A stretch of DNA of 64,000 bases. Origin: Camelus ferus. Taxonomy: Eukaryota. The position numbers were made by a program, and so were the translations under genes. Position 1 is the first letter of the stretch. Each line of letters starts with the position of its first letter. Below, in pieces: positions 50,368-64,000 of the stretch. Where the stretch lies: contig NC_045697.1 in NCBI RefSeq assembly GCF_009834535.1, positions 109,990,001-110,054,000 of the forward strand. The letters are read 5' to 3'. Below the pieces are notes generated by a model, which ran no database searches, had not been told where the DNA came from, and saw only the letters and a program-made list of their open reading frames with translations.

Positions 50368-51329
50368 CTTCCACCCCCTTTTCACCTCCACAATAACAAA
50401 AGGCAAAATAAGGTGAAGAAAATAACTGATGTTAACAGCAAAATGTATCCATCTCCATTTTAAACAGTCCAAACATTGTGAGAGACATTTATCATATGGT
50501 GGGTCAGATCCTGTCACAGTGTGACTTTTAAATTTCTTGCTAAGTTCCTGAACCCAAGTGAGCAAAGAAACCTCTTCTAAGATCCTCTGATATTTTAGGG
50601 CCATAATTTTGGTCAATTGATGCTTCTTTTTGCTTTGTTACTTCCCTCAAACAGTCCAAGTTACTTTCCCATTCTGGAAGCTGTGCCCTGAGGCCAGACC
50701 TGTTTCTAAGCTTTTCCTCTCTACCCACCCCTCCCCTGTGGCCATCAGGGGCAGAGGGGCAACAGGAATGGGCAACAGGCAACAGAGGAGCAGAGGGGCA
50801 ACAGAAGTGTTCAGGAGGGCAGTGCCCAGTGAGCTCAGTGGGCTGGGGTCAATGACAGGCCTGAGGGAGATGAACTTGACTGTGTCCATCTAGAACTGCC
50901 GCTCCCCAGGGCCTTTGTGGTCCTCTCCCTGAAGGTGAGAATGTTTTCAGGCCTTGATGATGAGTTTATCTGCAAACAGAGGCATAGGAGCTCCAAGTTC
51001 CATGAACCACTTCCCCCTCTTCTTGGGTCCATGAGAATACTGTTAGGGACAGGGTTTGGAGCATGTCTGGGCACTCTCACCGGGGTCCAACCACCTTATT
51101 GGAGAACAGGGAAGGCCTAAAAATCAAGGACTGTACATAGAAGTGGGCAGAATGTGAGGGAAAAATGAACAAGAGCCTTATCGTTTGGATGCTTAGATGA
51201 TGGGTCCAGGAAACAAAGGACCACCCCCCCCACCGACCACCAAGCCCAGGGGCTAGAAAGAGGAAAGAATGGGCAGGACCAGGAAGCAGAACTGGCAAGA
51301 CTTGCTTGAGATTCTGACACCTAATTCCA

Positions 51330-52124
51330 ACATAGGTGGAAAGGATTTTTTTCCCTTATCACCAGTTCTCTGGACACCAATGGGGTTTCTAGAATTCAAC
51401 TCAGTTCTGACACTGTCTACCCAGAGGAAGTATCAGATCCCACAGGTTAAGAGCTTAATTCTGAAAAAAAAAAAAAAAAATTCTGCAAGACCACCCCACC
51501 ACCACCCAGTTGAGACAGCTGTCGCAAGTCCAGATCATCACCTGTGCCTCTGACTGACCGGCTACCGATGGGAGGTTCCAATGACTCCCTCCTTGGGTTC
51601 AATTAATTTGCTAGAGCAGCTCACAGAACTCAGAGAAACACTTTATTGTCTAGATTACCAGTTAACCATGAAATAATATAACTCAGGAGCAGCCAGCTAG
51701 AGGAGATACAGTGGGCAACATGTGGGGAAAGGGTGAGGAGCGCCCATGCCCTCTCCTGCACGCCACTCACCTTGTGTTCATCAACCGCAGTGTGCTCAGA
51801 ATTCTGCTCTTTCGGAGGCCTCATTACACAGGCGTGGTTGATTGAATCATGGGCCTTTGGAAACTGATTCAACTTCCAGCTCTTCTCCTCTTCAGGGAGG
51901 TCAGTGGGTGGGTGGGGAGGTAGGACTGAAAGTTCCAACCCTCTAATCAGTTGGTTGGCTCCACTGGCAACCAGCCCCCATCCTCAGGTGGGGTCCAAAA
52001 GTCACCTGATTAACATAACAAAAGCCAATTTTTGCTCTCATCATTTAGGAAATTCCAGGAGTTTTAGGAGCTCTGTGCTAGAAACAGGATGAAGACCAAT
52101 TATATTTCCTATTATATATCACAC
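51330..52124. mobile_element. MER21-like LTR
   Basis: caccagttctctggacaccaa...aattcaactcagttctgacactgtctac...cagatcccacaggttaag; ends atatatcaca. Confidence 0.8.
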
Positions 52125-52684
52125 ACCCATGCACAACTCTGCTACCTACACCAGAGTCCCAATCCCTGGGCTCAACACAGCCCCTGACCTTCCTGGGAGA
52201 CCATGTGACTCACCTATGCTCACTTTCTTGGTATATAAAGTGGTAATTTTGTAACTCATTTGTTAATCTCTCCCTGGGATAATATACAAAAAATAAGATG
52301 TAGAAATACTTTGCAAGCAGATGAACTAAATAAATATATCCAGAGAATTGGCAGACTCTGTTGATCCTTCCTACCCTCATGTTCGCTGAGCTTTGGAAGA
52401 GGACTTGTGGGCAAACATCCTATTTTGCATGTCCCATCTGGGAACAATATATTAAACGACTTAACAACATTTTAATCGTGTAACACAAGTCAGAGTATTT
52501 TCTTTATAGGGTGACAGATTAAAAAGAAATAAAAATGACAATGCCCTGATTTAGGAGTGGCATTTTCTCCAAAGAAGTCAGAAAAAAGCTCCAATCTCAA
52601 TTATGATCATCAGATCTTGTTTGCTAAGCAAACAGCATGTGCTATATTCTCAACAAAGATGCTACACAGACCCAGACAGAGAGC

Positions 52685-52905
52685 AAGTAGACAAACAAAA
52701 CCCCTCAAACTCCAAAACTGACCCTATGGTTGAAAATGCCTGAGACGGCCTACATTCAGTCTATGGAATGTGCACCTCTCCTCAACTATGACTTGTTCTT
52801 GAATTCTTTCCAGTGCGAAGCCAAAACCCTCACTTGGAGCCTAGGGACTCGCCTGGGACCTGGGACACGAACATCTTCTCAGGGCCCCTTTTTCCTGAAC
52901 CAAAA
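52685..52905 (+). mobile_element. ERV1-type LTR 3' fragment (MER34/MER39-like)
   Basis: cttgaattctttccagtgcgaagccaaaaccctc...ccccttttcctg-like U5 end. Confidence 0.5.
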
Positions 52906-54249
52906 GCACAGTGATCCAAACCGCTAGGAAGTGACATCACTTTTGAGGAAGCTATAAAATGGTGGTGAACAAGGTCAGGCCCAACAGCCAGCTAGAATTT
53001 AGGAGAAATCTGAGGACAAGGCCTTGATATGGTCATTGAGCCAGGGTACAATATGAGGTGTGACCAAGGGGAAGCCAGACAAAAGCCAGTTACAGAAAAT
53101 GGATACAAATCCCAGAGCACTGGTGTTCCCAGCCCCCCAGGCTAGAATGATGCAGGGGCTGGAGACGGGAAACCACAGCAAAAGGCTCTCTCCTCGATGC
53201 GCCTGGCATCCAATCATGTCACTCTATTCTTTGAGGTGGTCTCAAAGGGCTTGTGAGTTTCCAAAGCATCCTGAAGCCCTTTTGTAGAGATTCCTACATG
53301 TCAAGCAGCTTTTTTTTTTTTTGGTTTCAATTGCTTCTACTTTATGCTGGGTGTATTGTACTGAAACAATGAAACAGAATAGATAACAGTATTTAATTGT
53401 GAAAATAATCAATGGCTGACATTAGAATGTTGCTCATCCTTATTTGTCCTTCCATGTGGTGTAATCCGAAAGCAGTAACTTACACCCATCACTTAACTAC
53501 CCCTCCTCAAACACTGCTGCTCTCGTGGGGTACTATGCACCATTACTCCAAGGGAGTATTTGGAAAGGAAGACACAGAAGAGGGGTTTCATAAGCATCAC
53601 ATATCAGGTCTCTTCTCTAGGATTCCTAGCTGTTTCTAAGGACAATTTTATTTATTTAGTCTCATAGCATTCTCTGCTTTTCCTTTCAGAAAAGGAAGGT
53701 ATTTAATAGTAATATTTCTGAGATGGAAAAAGCTGGGAGAGCAAAAACTTGCCTTTGAAAAAATACAAACACAACCATTTAGAAAAATTGTGTCTCTTTC
53801 TAAATTTCGTTACTTTTCTATAGCCTAAAGCCAATGGTGAATACTTGAAACTCTTTAAAGTGGTATTATAATCTGTTGATGAGGTTCAAATAGTGGCAAA
53901 ATTAGTTTTTGATTATGTTTCAAACAGTAAATATTTCCATGAGGAATTTGCAGCCCTATAAAAACTTTCATTGCATCTCTTCTTGAAGGTCTGTAGTTTC
54001 TGGTTAAAACTGATTACATACAAGGAAATGCTCTTCCAAGACATCCGGCCTTGGATCAGTAAAAATTTCCATTCATTATTATCTTTGTTCCTAATGGATA
54101 ATGACTTGAGAATATTAACTAACAGTCTATTAAATGAATAACATGTGAATGCATAAATTGTCTTAAATTAACTCATTATCCTAATTGTCCCTTTGCAATG
54201 AACAGTGATAGTAATAGTCATTATTATCAGTATGGACTTTTAAAATGAT

Positions 54250-55160
54250 CTGAAACTAATGTGTTATTATGTCAGTATATCTCAATAAAAATAGAGAAGA
54301 TGGATAAATTCAGGTAAATTAAAATAATAACTTCTGCTCAGCAAGAGACAAAAAGAAAGTAAAAAGGCAAAACACAACCTTGAAGAACATATATTCAATC
54401 CACATAACTCACAAAAATGTCATGTGCAGGGTTAAAAAGGAACTCTTACAAACTAATAAAAAAAATCATCTTCCAGAAATGGGTAAAATGCATGAATGTG
54501 CATAGAATAATAAACATACTGGCCGAAAAACATGCAAAGATGCTCAGACACACTAGTAATCAAGAAAAATGCAAATTAAGAGAATCACTTAGATATCATT
54601 TTACTCTTACTAGATTGGCAACTTTAAGAAGTCTGAAAATACCAAGTGTTTTTGAAAGTATAAATTGATACAACCATTTTAGAAGACAATGTAGCATTAT
54701 CTCATAAAGCTTCAGTCCAATGCCCTCTAACTAGCAATTCCACTCCTGAATAGAAGCCCTAAAGAAATTCTTAACATGTGTCCCTGAAAACATGTGCAAG
54801 AATAATCATGTCATCGTTTACAACAGCAAACAGCTGGAGATAATCCAGATGTCAACACGAGTGATGATAGGTTCACACATACCAATAAAAAGAGATGAAC
54901 TAATGCTGCGTGAAGGAATTTTGGAAACATAATCTGGAATTAGTAAAGCAAGCTGCAGAAATGGAAAGCAGTCTAATGCTATTTTTATAAAGCTCAGAAA
55001 TAAGCAAAGCTAAGCAAATATATATGTATGTCTATATACATATACATGAAACTAAATTTTATTAAAAGTCAGAGAGTGCTTACAACAAATTTCAGGATAG
55101 TGTTTGACTCTGAAAAGACGGGATAAGAGAGTCCCACATAGTAAATTCAACAATCTAGGT
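54250..55160 (+). mobile_element. L1ME-type ORF2 end and 3' UTR
   Basis: agatatcattttactcttactagattggcaac; ctagcaattccactcctg. Confidence 0.75.
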
Positions 55161-55220
55161 CTTAATCGGAGTAAGAAAAACTGATCTTTCATTTCCAGTG
55201 AAAATAAATTGTTGACGTCA

Positions 55221-55278
55221 TTGCTATGGTCTGAATGTTTGTGTCCTCACCAGTTTCATCTGTTGAAAACCTAATGTG
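55221..55278 (+). mobile_element. MLT1A/MST-like LTR 5' fragment
   Basis: tgctatggtctgaatgtttgtgtcc...tgttgaaaaccta, matching the start of the LTR at 48014. Confidence 0.75.
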
Positions 55279-57949
55279 CCAGGAAGGGTGGTCTCAGGAG
55301 GGGAAAGAGTGGAGGCTCTGGACAGATGGGAAGGAAGTGCTGGAGTGCTTGGGGATGGAGACTGGCCGAGGCGGGTAGAAAGATAAGACATATTTTATGG
55401 CCTTGCTTGGCCACATAAGACTTGAAGCAGTGAAGATTAATATGTAAATTAGCATTTATATAACACCAGCAGGAAAGTAGGCTATGGTACTGGGTACAAG
55501 CGACAATTTCTCATTCTATTACTGTCCAAAGGTCTTGTCTTGGAAGAAGGCGAGACTGGCTGCAAGCTATAACCTGCCTTCTCTCCAGGGACTTTCTGTG
55601 GTCTTAACCTTGACTAAAGGGAGCCTTTCCTGTGTTTTGTTAGGTACTAGCACTCCAGAAGGCCAGTCTTCTCTGAATTCTGATGGATTGATCCATGTCT
55701 CAATTAAGGAGATATGACAACAGTTTAGAGAACGGGGGACCTTCAAGGAGTTAAGTAAATGAACTTACATGAACTTACATAATTAACTTACATGACTGGC
55801 TTGTCAAATAGCATCACATCAACCTCACAGGGTGCAGAGGTGAGCAATCTTTCCTCCTAGACTCCTCCTTCTTTCCACCACCCTGGGCAACTTGACACTT
55901 AACAAGTAGTATCCAGCTTTCCTCTCGACACACTGTCTTCCTGTGAGTGCAGAAAGTTCTGCTGCTTATCTCTGGTTTTCCTTTTTTTTCATCTCAAAAC
56001 AATCTGCTTAATTCTTAGAAAAGAGCTTCTAAGGAGGCAGGGTGTTAGGGCTGATGTGAGGTGATGTGGAGCGAGGGCTGGGGAGGAAATCAATCAGCAG
56101 AGCTGCGTGTGAAAGTGGACACAAAGCACGTATCCAGATTTTTGGCTCACACTTTTGTACATCTTGCTTACAGGAATCATTTTGAAAAGCAAAAGAAATG
56201 GAGAGCTAAGACATATTATTTCATCTGTAGGGTACTACCTCGAGCCACACTGGGACTGACATCATCTGGGCCTCCAGAGAGAAAAATCTACAAAAAAATG
56301 AATTTTTGTGGTCTTGTTTAATGTCTGAAGTCATAAAAATGAATATCACCACCTCTAATTGAAGCAGAAATTCCAAGAGTCAGCTTCTCTCTGCCTTCTC
56401 CCAAAGCCACACCTGTGTGATGAATCACTGTCAGCCCCACGGGTCCACCAATAACATTGATATCAAGAACAGTAAAGATGTGATTTCAGGCAAACATGTC
56501 CAAAGAGACATTCCAGTGATAGACATAGGAATCATTATTCCACAAACCTAGAGGGGCTGCAGGCATTTGTTTGTAGATGGAACCTTCAAGTTGTCTCTGC
56601 ACGTAGACTGGCCTTCTGAACTGGGATGGGCTTTTTCCTTACCCGTCCCAACATATCCTTTAGTGCGTGCTTATGTTTCTGGAATCATCACGGGTACACT
56701 GGGAACCCACTGCCTGCCAGACGCTGATTGTGGGCTTGTAAAGATTCATCCGCTAAGGAAACTGGGTCTTGCTTGGCCAAAGTGAATATCATACCCTTTC
56801 TTTCCACCCACCTCTCCCTGAAGGAAACCTCATGCTCAAAAGAGCCAGTAACCCCTAAGGATCCCTTTTCCTTTAAAGGAAAGGGACATGGAATTGCGCA
56901 AACGTGACACTTCCCTATTTCCAGGATGGTTATATCACCCTTGTAAAACTGTTTTCAGCATAAAAAGCACTGTCATATGCATTTTCATATTTTTCAGCTT
57001 CCTTACATTATTGTGGAGGGAAGATGCAGACGACAATTGCGCTAGGATGGAACAGCTGTACGTATAAAGCTATGCCAAGGAGCGAGGCACCAACACCAGC
57101 CTCTTCATTAATTGAGGCAACACAGTTTGGGGAGAAGTATCAGATTAGCAGCATGCAGCTAAGAGAACAAATTCTTGATTACAGTTAAAATTCCCAGAAG
57201 GCTCAGGTTTTTCCTGGGAGAATGATGCCAACTAAATAATGGGATAAACTTTCTACTGCTACCCATACCACACAAATCTCCCAAAAATGTATTCCTTTGG
57301 AGACATACCTCCTCTTATTCATTTTACATAGGGCAAGTAAAAATGCAGACATGATTGGGAAATCAAGGACTCAGCTTCCAACAAACGCAATTAAGGCCAC
57401 AAACAAAACTACACCTAATTACGAAGCTGGACTGTGACTTGATCATTCCCTGGGTGCTTTCTATGGGGTCATTTACCAATCAGAACATGCCACATCACAT
57501 TCATCACAGAAACAAGGGGCTCTTTTACTCCATATTAAAATGTGAATTTGAAAAACCCTGGGTGCTCTCAGGTTCTGTGGTTCACCCCAATAATGGTGTG
57601 CAGTTACATGATTGCCTTCACTCTCCTGGCATTCTTTGTAATGTGAAAGGAAAGAAGAATCACTGGCAGAAGATGCTGATTAAAGCACACTTCCTGAAAA
57701 ATCTTCCGCAGCACTTGAAAGCTCAGATTCACTGCCACAGTATTTTGGGGGAAAGTACTCTCCTTTAGAAGACAATTCACTTTCCCGAAGTTAGAAGTGT
57801 GAACCTGGATGAAATCAAGGTTTTCCAGAAAAATCCTCTTCTGTGACACTGATATTTGTAATCAGTACTATATATTTTTAACTTAAAAATCTTCCTGACA
57901 TCTCAGGTGTATGAATGTATTTTGCCAGATTTGCTTCAGAGTTTTTAAA

Positions 57950-59750
57950 ATAATCTAATATTGTAAATCCATTTGACAGCCCATGCCCCTCTCTTTCCAA
58001 TGGTAAGCACCACTGTGAATCTGTCTTTTTTCCTAGGTATGTATTTATATTAATCTACATATATCCTACATATGTTTATATCAATAAAGAATTTATATAG
58101 CATTGTTTTGCATATTTTAAACTTTCTGTAAATAGTATCAGATGCTATAAATTACTCTGTAAAATAATATCTTAAAGACTTATTGATAAAAATAGCTCCA
58201 GCTCATTCAGTTTAGCTACTGGATAATATTATGAATATACTAGAGATATTTACCAATACTTATTTTGAAGGGAAATTATATTGTTTCCAATTTTTGCTTT
58301 TAGAAACCATACTACAGTAAGCATGCGTAGTTATGTCTCCTTATATGCATGAGGGAGATTGTCTCTAGGGTATAAACCTAGAAATATAACTCACTAGGCT
58401 GTCAGAAAGATTACCTTCAACTTGACTACTGCCAAATTGCTCTCCACGATGGCTATAACAACTAATAGTTTATAAAAACTATGAAATTCCCACAAACATC
58501 ATATGATCTGTAATCTTGCCAACATTTAGTACTGTCATATTTTTATATTTTTGCCAATCAGATAAGTATGTAATAGTGTATCTCATTGAGCATATATATG
58601 CTTATCGGCCATACAAGCTTCCTCTGTAACTTTCTGTCCAATTTTTTTTTTCTATTAAGCGTTCACTTTCTTACTAATTTTGTAAGGTATGGATAGTAAG
58701 TCTTTTTTCATGATGTATTTTGCAAATGCCTTGTTCTGGTTATGGATTCTTTTACAACTTTGGCCATTTGGTATCTTTGTTTCACTCTTCATTCTTCATT
58801 TTAAAGGAATTCTATTTGTCAATCTTTTCTTTTGTGTTTGTGTGTTTTGTATCTGGTTTAATGCAGTCTTCTTTACTCTAAGGTCACAGAGATATTCTTC
58901 TATATTTTCTTCTCCAAGTTTAAAAGTTTGAATTTTCACTTCAATTTTGTATTATGTGAAAAAGAGATCCAATTTCATTTTCTTTTTTTAATGAATTAGT
59001 TCAGCACCATTTATTAAATTATTCACCCTTTCCTTATTTAGTAAGCCATCTTCAGGTGACATTTCCATACATGTTTATTTCTAGGCCTCTCTAAGCTATT
59101 TCATCTCTTTATAACTGGTAGGAAAAGTGACTCCTCCATCCCCACCCTTTCTTTTTCTTCAGTGTTATCTGTTATTCTTGGGTCTTTCCTCTTCTATATG
59201 AATTTTGAAATAGCATTGTCCAATTCTACAAAAATGTACATTGGCTTTTTGATTGAACAGCATTGAGTTCATAGTTGAATTCATAGATAATTACTATCTT
59301 CAAATTATTTAGTATCTCCTTCCACTGTATACCTTCATTTAATTAGGTCTTTTATTTTCTGCAATTATTTTTTTTCAATTCTCCAAAAGTTCTTCAATGT
59401 GTTGTTAGATTTATTCTTCAATACTTTGTGGTCCTCATTGTTACTGTGAATGAGTTTTTCTTCTATTACATGCTCCAATTGATTATTGATGGTATGTATG
59501 GATATTAATGACATCTGAGGCTGATCTTGTATTCACAACTTTCTGAATTCTCTGTTCATTCTCAGAATCCCTGTGGAATCTCAGTATAGGGAACAATATT
59601 GTCTGCAGATAAAGACTGTTTTGTCTCTTGCTTTCAAATGTGTACCTCTTATTTCTTTTTCCTGGTACTACTGCGTTATATACAAGGACAAGTACAATTT
59701 AAATAGCAATATAAGAGATCTTTCTATCATTCTTGATGTCAATGAGAATG
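57950..59750 (-). mobile_element. L1ME-type element, degraded
   Basis: T-rich antisense L1 motifs: tctctagggtataaacctagaaat; ctgccaaattgctctcca; cagcaccatttattaaat. Confidence 0.75.
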
Positions 59751-60661
59751 CTGATTCCAAAACCAGGTCTTATAATGACTTCCAAAGGCTTAAGTCTCTG
59801 AGTAATATTGGGATATTGTAGAATAATAGTGAGTCGTGGGCAAATGGGTTGAGTTTGCCTTCATAACATTGAGTATTTACCCTTCAGGTTTTCAAGTTCT
59901 CCAGCTTACTAACAGCCAAAGTCCCAGGTGGTCAAAAACCTATCTTTGCCCATCCTTTTAGATGGGAGGAAGCTCAGAAGCTCAGTCATCCCTGATTTGA
60001 AGCATTTAGCCTAGTTACAGTTCTCATCTTATGTAAGACCTTTTTAGCACCTTCCCGTACATCCATGTCTAGCAATGCCTGCTTCCTGGAGTAGAGCAAA
60101 CCCAAACTTCATCCATGCACACTGCATTGAGTTTATATTCTACACTTGTTCAATATCTTGGGAGATTTTTTTTTCCTCTGGCATATACACTCTGAAATGG
60201 AATTAACCAGCTTGTAGGATAAAATATATTCATCTTTACTAGATATTGCCATGGAGATGATTATCTTGTTTTTGAAACTATGCCATTTTTATTTTTATTT
60301 TTGCTTAAAACATTTTATCTCTTGCTACTTGTTTGCAAGTATGCAATATGACTGAAGCAATATGCAAATTTTCAGAGCCATTTTGGCAAAAATACTATTG
60401 GTTCTATTTTTAAAATAATTTTTATGCAAGAAAAGGTGGGAATCAGAAAAATTACACTCATTATGTGTCTGTAGAATAATCCCTAAGTTATCCATCTCCT
60501 GTGACTACAGACCCCAACACAAAGCAAACCACCTGTGTAGTTGCCATATGGCTCATTTGCTGAACAAGATCACACCTCTTAAAGAATTTTTTAAATAGAG
60601 TTAATAGAGGTTTATGATTGTTTAAAAACCAGACATTATTTAGGAATTTTCCAAGCATGAA

Positions 60662-60897
60662 GCAATATAGCAAAGGAGTTAAGAGAAGAGCTTCTAGTAA
60701 CACCACCGAGTTGGATTCCAGGCTCTACCAATTACATTAGGTCTTTAAGTCATGGTTTCCTCATTGGTAAAAAGGGATCATATTAGTATCTACCTTAAAG
60801 AGTTATTTTGAAGATTAAACAAAATATAGTATACATAAAACATTTAGCACAATATTTGGCACATAATGAACACTCAATAAAATTTAGTTATTATTTA
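60662..60897 (+). mobile_element. MIR, near full length
   Basis: ggtttcctcattggtaaaaagggatcatattagtatctacctta...cttagcac-like...ggcacataatgaacactcaataaa. Confidence 0.85.
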
Positions 60898-61629
60898 AGT
60901 TCACAAAGGTTAATACATTTCCCTTTTATGACACATAATCTGACAATAATCTGAAGACTTTTATTTTCATCACTTCCAATTTGTCTGTTTTATAACATTA
61001 AGCACCTATGCTTTCATGTAACATGAAAGTAACATGTAGCAGAGAGATTTCCCAGAGTTTTTAGATAAGAAATGGGAACTATCATTTTAAATAAATTAAA
61101 TCAGAAAAAGAAAAAGCAAAACTTTATAAAATAATCAAAGTTTAGTAAGTTTTGTCTCATTGTTGACAATTACTTTAATATTCTAGTAATAGGCAAATTA
61201 TTTCCACTACATTAGCTGAAGAGAAAAATGAATGATTGCTTAGAAATGACAGAAAAAAAGAAATAAGGTAATTAAAAATGAAAAATTAAAATCCAAGTTT
61301 AAAGACCAAAGATTCGGTTCTAACATCATAACATTTTAACCTGCTTAGAATACAAGCAAACTCTGCTTTGTGAAGCAGCACTTAAAACTGGTAAATTCAT
61401 GATTTAGCTAATAAAATACATTTATAAATTCAGTTCTATAAGTGAACATGCAATGTGAGAAATAACACCCAATGTATGGTGTTATGGTGATAGACATCTG
61501 TTCATTTCGGGAATTGGCCTTTTTCCACTAGGTGTTTACCAGTCACATGGTCCCACCTCTCTTAACACAACATTGAACATGGGACCAGAGAGCCCAACCT
61601 CTTAAATATTGCCATTGGTTTAGAGATTT

Positions 61630-64000
61630 TTTTTTTGCCATGCAGAACGTTTTTTAGTCAATGTTTTAATCACCCATTTCCTTTATTGCTTCTGGATTTT
61701 GACTCTTAGAGATTTTTCCATTTCTAGTTTATAAAGGTATACACTCAGATTTTCCTCTAGTATTTACTTGTGTTTATTTACATGGCTTACCCTGGTGTGT
61801 AGTATGAAGAATAAATCAATTTAAGCTTTTTTTCCAGATGGCTCTCCAGTTATCACAACCTCACTTAATAAAAACTTCTTTTCTTCACTAATTTAATGTG
61901 CTGCCTTTATCCTGTATTTCCACATGCACTCAGTTCTTTGAAGGTAATGTATAATTCCTCTTTGAATGTTTTGACTATTTTTGCTTTTGTTTCACATCAA
62001 TTTTACTGTAAAACACTGAGGTGCCTGGTTATGGTTTTCTTTTTATTCATCACATTTGAAGTTTCTAGCACATTTTGAATTGTGATTTAATGTCAGTTTT
62101 GGAAGATTCTCAGCCACCATCTTTTTAAATATTGCTTCTGGCCTACTCTTTCCATTCTCCTTTTGGGATCTCAATTACACATATGTAAGACCTTTAAACC
62201 ATATTCCACACATCTCTTATTCTCTTTTCAGTATTTTCAGTATTGTTTAAACATCTGTCTGTGTTTTAGTCCATATATTTTCTTTTTATTTATCTTCTAA
62301 TTTACTAATGCTCTCTTCACCAGTGTCTAATTTGATGTTAAACATATATTGAGTTCTTTATTTTAACAACTTTTTTGAGATATAATTCATGTACTATACA
62401 GTTCACCTACTTAGAATGTCTAGCTCAATGGTTTTTAGTATATTTACAGAGTTGTACAAACATCACCACAATCAAATTTAGAATATTGACACGACTCCAA
62501 ACAGAAACCCCATACCCACTAGCAGTCATTCCCCATCTTCTTCCAACACTCCTAGTCCTAGACTCTGCTAATCTGCTTACTACCTCTATATATTTGCCTA
62601 TCTTGGACATTACATATAAACAATCACAGCAAGTGTTCTTTTGTGACTGAATTTTTTCACTTTCAATAATGCTTTCAAATTCATCTGTGTTGCTGAATAA
62701 TACTACATTGTGTGGCTATACATTAGGTTTATCTATTTATCAGTTAATTGACATTTGGGTTATTTCCACTTTTAGCTATTATGAATAAAGTTGCTATGAC
62801 ATTTCATGGACAAATTTTTGTATGAACATAACTTCATTTCTTTTGGGTATAGACTTAGGAGTAGGATTGCTGGGTAATTATGGTAGCCCTATGTATGTTT
62901 AACTTTTGAGGAATTCTTGGATTGTTTTCCATAGAGACCGACCTACTTTATATTTCCATCAGCAATATATGAGAATTCTAATTTCTCCACTCTTCACCAA
63001 TACTTGCTATTATCTGTATTTTTATAGCCATCCTAGAGAGTGTGAAATGGCAATTATATTCTATAATTTAGAATTTCCTTTTCTTTTTATAGTTTAAAAA
63101 GTTTTTTATAGTTTTATGATAGTTTAGTTCACAGTTTTTATATTTCACTTTTCTCCTGAAGTTCTCAATATGGCATCTAATTTCTTGAACAGTTACTTTA
63201 AAGTCCACATGAGATAATGCCAATATATGGATCTCTGTATGTCTGTTTCTACTATAATTTTTCTTTTACTTGTGATCGTGTAAGCCTTTTCCTCAGTACA
63301 CCTAGCCATTTTGGATAACGTTACGGACACTGCCAAGGTTCTGAATAATTTTATTCTCTATAGGGGACTACATATTACTGTTGGCAAGCAGTTAGAGTAG
63401 GGAAAGAACACAAATATGTAATTGATTTTATTCAGTTTGGCCACAGACTTTGTGAGTGCCTGCCTTTTCTGATTTACCCTTACTCCTGGGGCAGCCTTCT
63501 AGGAGTTCCAATTTATTCACTAGTGTATTTACCAGACCCTTCCTCCTTGGTAGGCCTTTAACTCTAATACTTGTCCTCATAACATTTCCAGTAGCTCCTT
63601 TTAGCTTCTCAACCTTGCAGCTGATGTGTTTCACTCAGCCTCAAGAGGGTTTTGAGACACAGTCTATCAGGTATACCTCTTTGTGTTTCTGTTCTCTCCA
63701 GGGTCAGGATTCTCAAGCCTTCACTGTCTTGGTAGTTCTCTGATGCCTCTCATACACATATATATATTAAAAAAAAAAACCTTTCTTTTTCTCTTTCTTA
63801 TTCTTACTCAGTTTTTTACTTATTCTCAGCAGGAGAGTTGGTATACAACACGTTAATTCATCATTACAGAAAGCCTTCACATGTACTTGGATTCATTTCT
63901 GGATTTTCTATTCTGTTCCATTAGTCCAGTGAGTCATTTTTGCCATAATTTTTCTAGTGTGTCTTCACTGTGCTTTGGTACATCATTCAGCAAATTAAGT
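61630..64000 (-). mobile_element. Stack of old L1M fragments with L1MB-like 3' end inserted at about 62370-63050
   Basis: ttgagatataattcatgtactatacagttcacctactt...tttatagccatcctagagagtgtgaaatgg; flanking ttttggaagattctcagccaccatcttt. Confidence 0.8.

Noticed and set aside
50750..50806. GGCAACAG repeated four times
   Set aside because: Short irregular slippage repeat, no regular spacers; not CRISPR-like
55761..55795. AACTTACAT repeated three times
   Set aside because: Tiny tandem duplication with no further structure
57355..57849. Overlapping 137-aa and 81-aa ORFs in unique DNA
   Set aside because: Non-ATG starts, no convincing splice boundaries, no recognisable homology
1..64000. Novel multi-gene system, CRISPR array, tRNA/rRNA genes, processed pseudogenes
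   Set aside because: None supported by the sequence; the window is ordinary repeat-rich mammalian non-coding DNA apart from the candidates listed

Overview
Mammalian genomic DNA, mostly intergenic or intronic and rich in repeats. It is most likely camelid: the young L1 3' ends are of cetartiodactyl/camelid type, a MER41-like LTR is present, and I saw no Alu, B1, BovB/Bov-tA, PRE1 or CAN SINEs. Roughly half the window is transposon debris: old L1M fragments, three young L1 3' ends, five full solo ERV1-type LTRs with 4-bp TSDs, MaLR/ERVL LTRs, hAT DNA transposons, MIR, L2 and an ancient CR1/L3 RT remnant. None of the supplied ORFs is a recognisable intact gene. The best gene signal is a probable 5' end of a minus-strand gene that I cannot name: a GC-box promoter and non-coding first exon at about 4475-4680, plus a cleanly bounded 177-nt exon at 816-992. 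Other candidates are a CTCF site (6652-6665), a CpG-enriched unique block with plus-strand splice signals (25.8-26.6 kb) and a SOX/octamer motif cluster (42.5-42.8 kb). I found no evidence for a new biological system. Repeat family names come from recalled consensus sequences, not a database search, and boundaries of old repeats are approximate.
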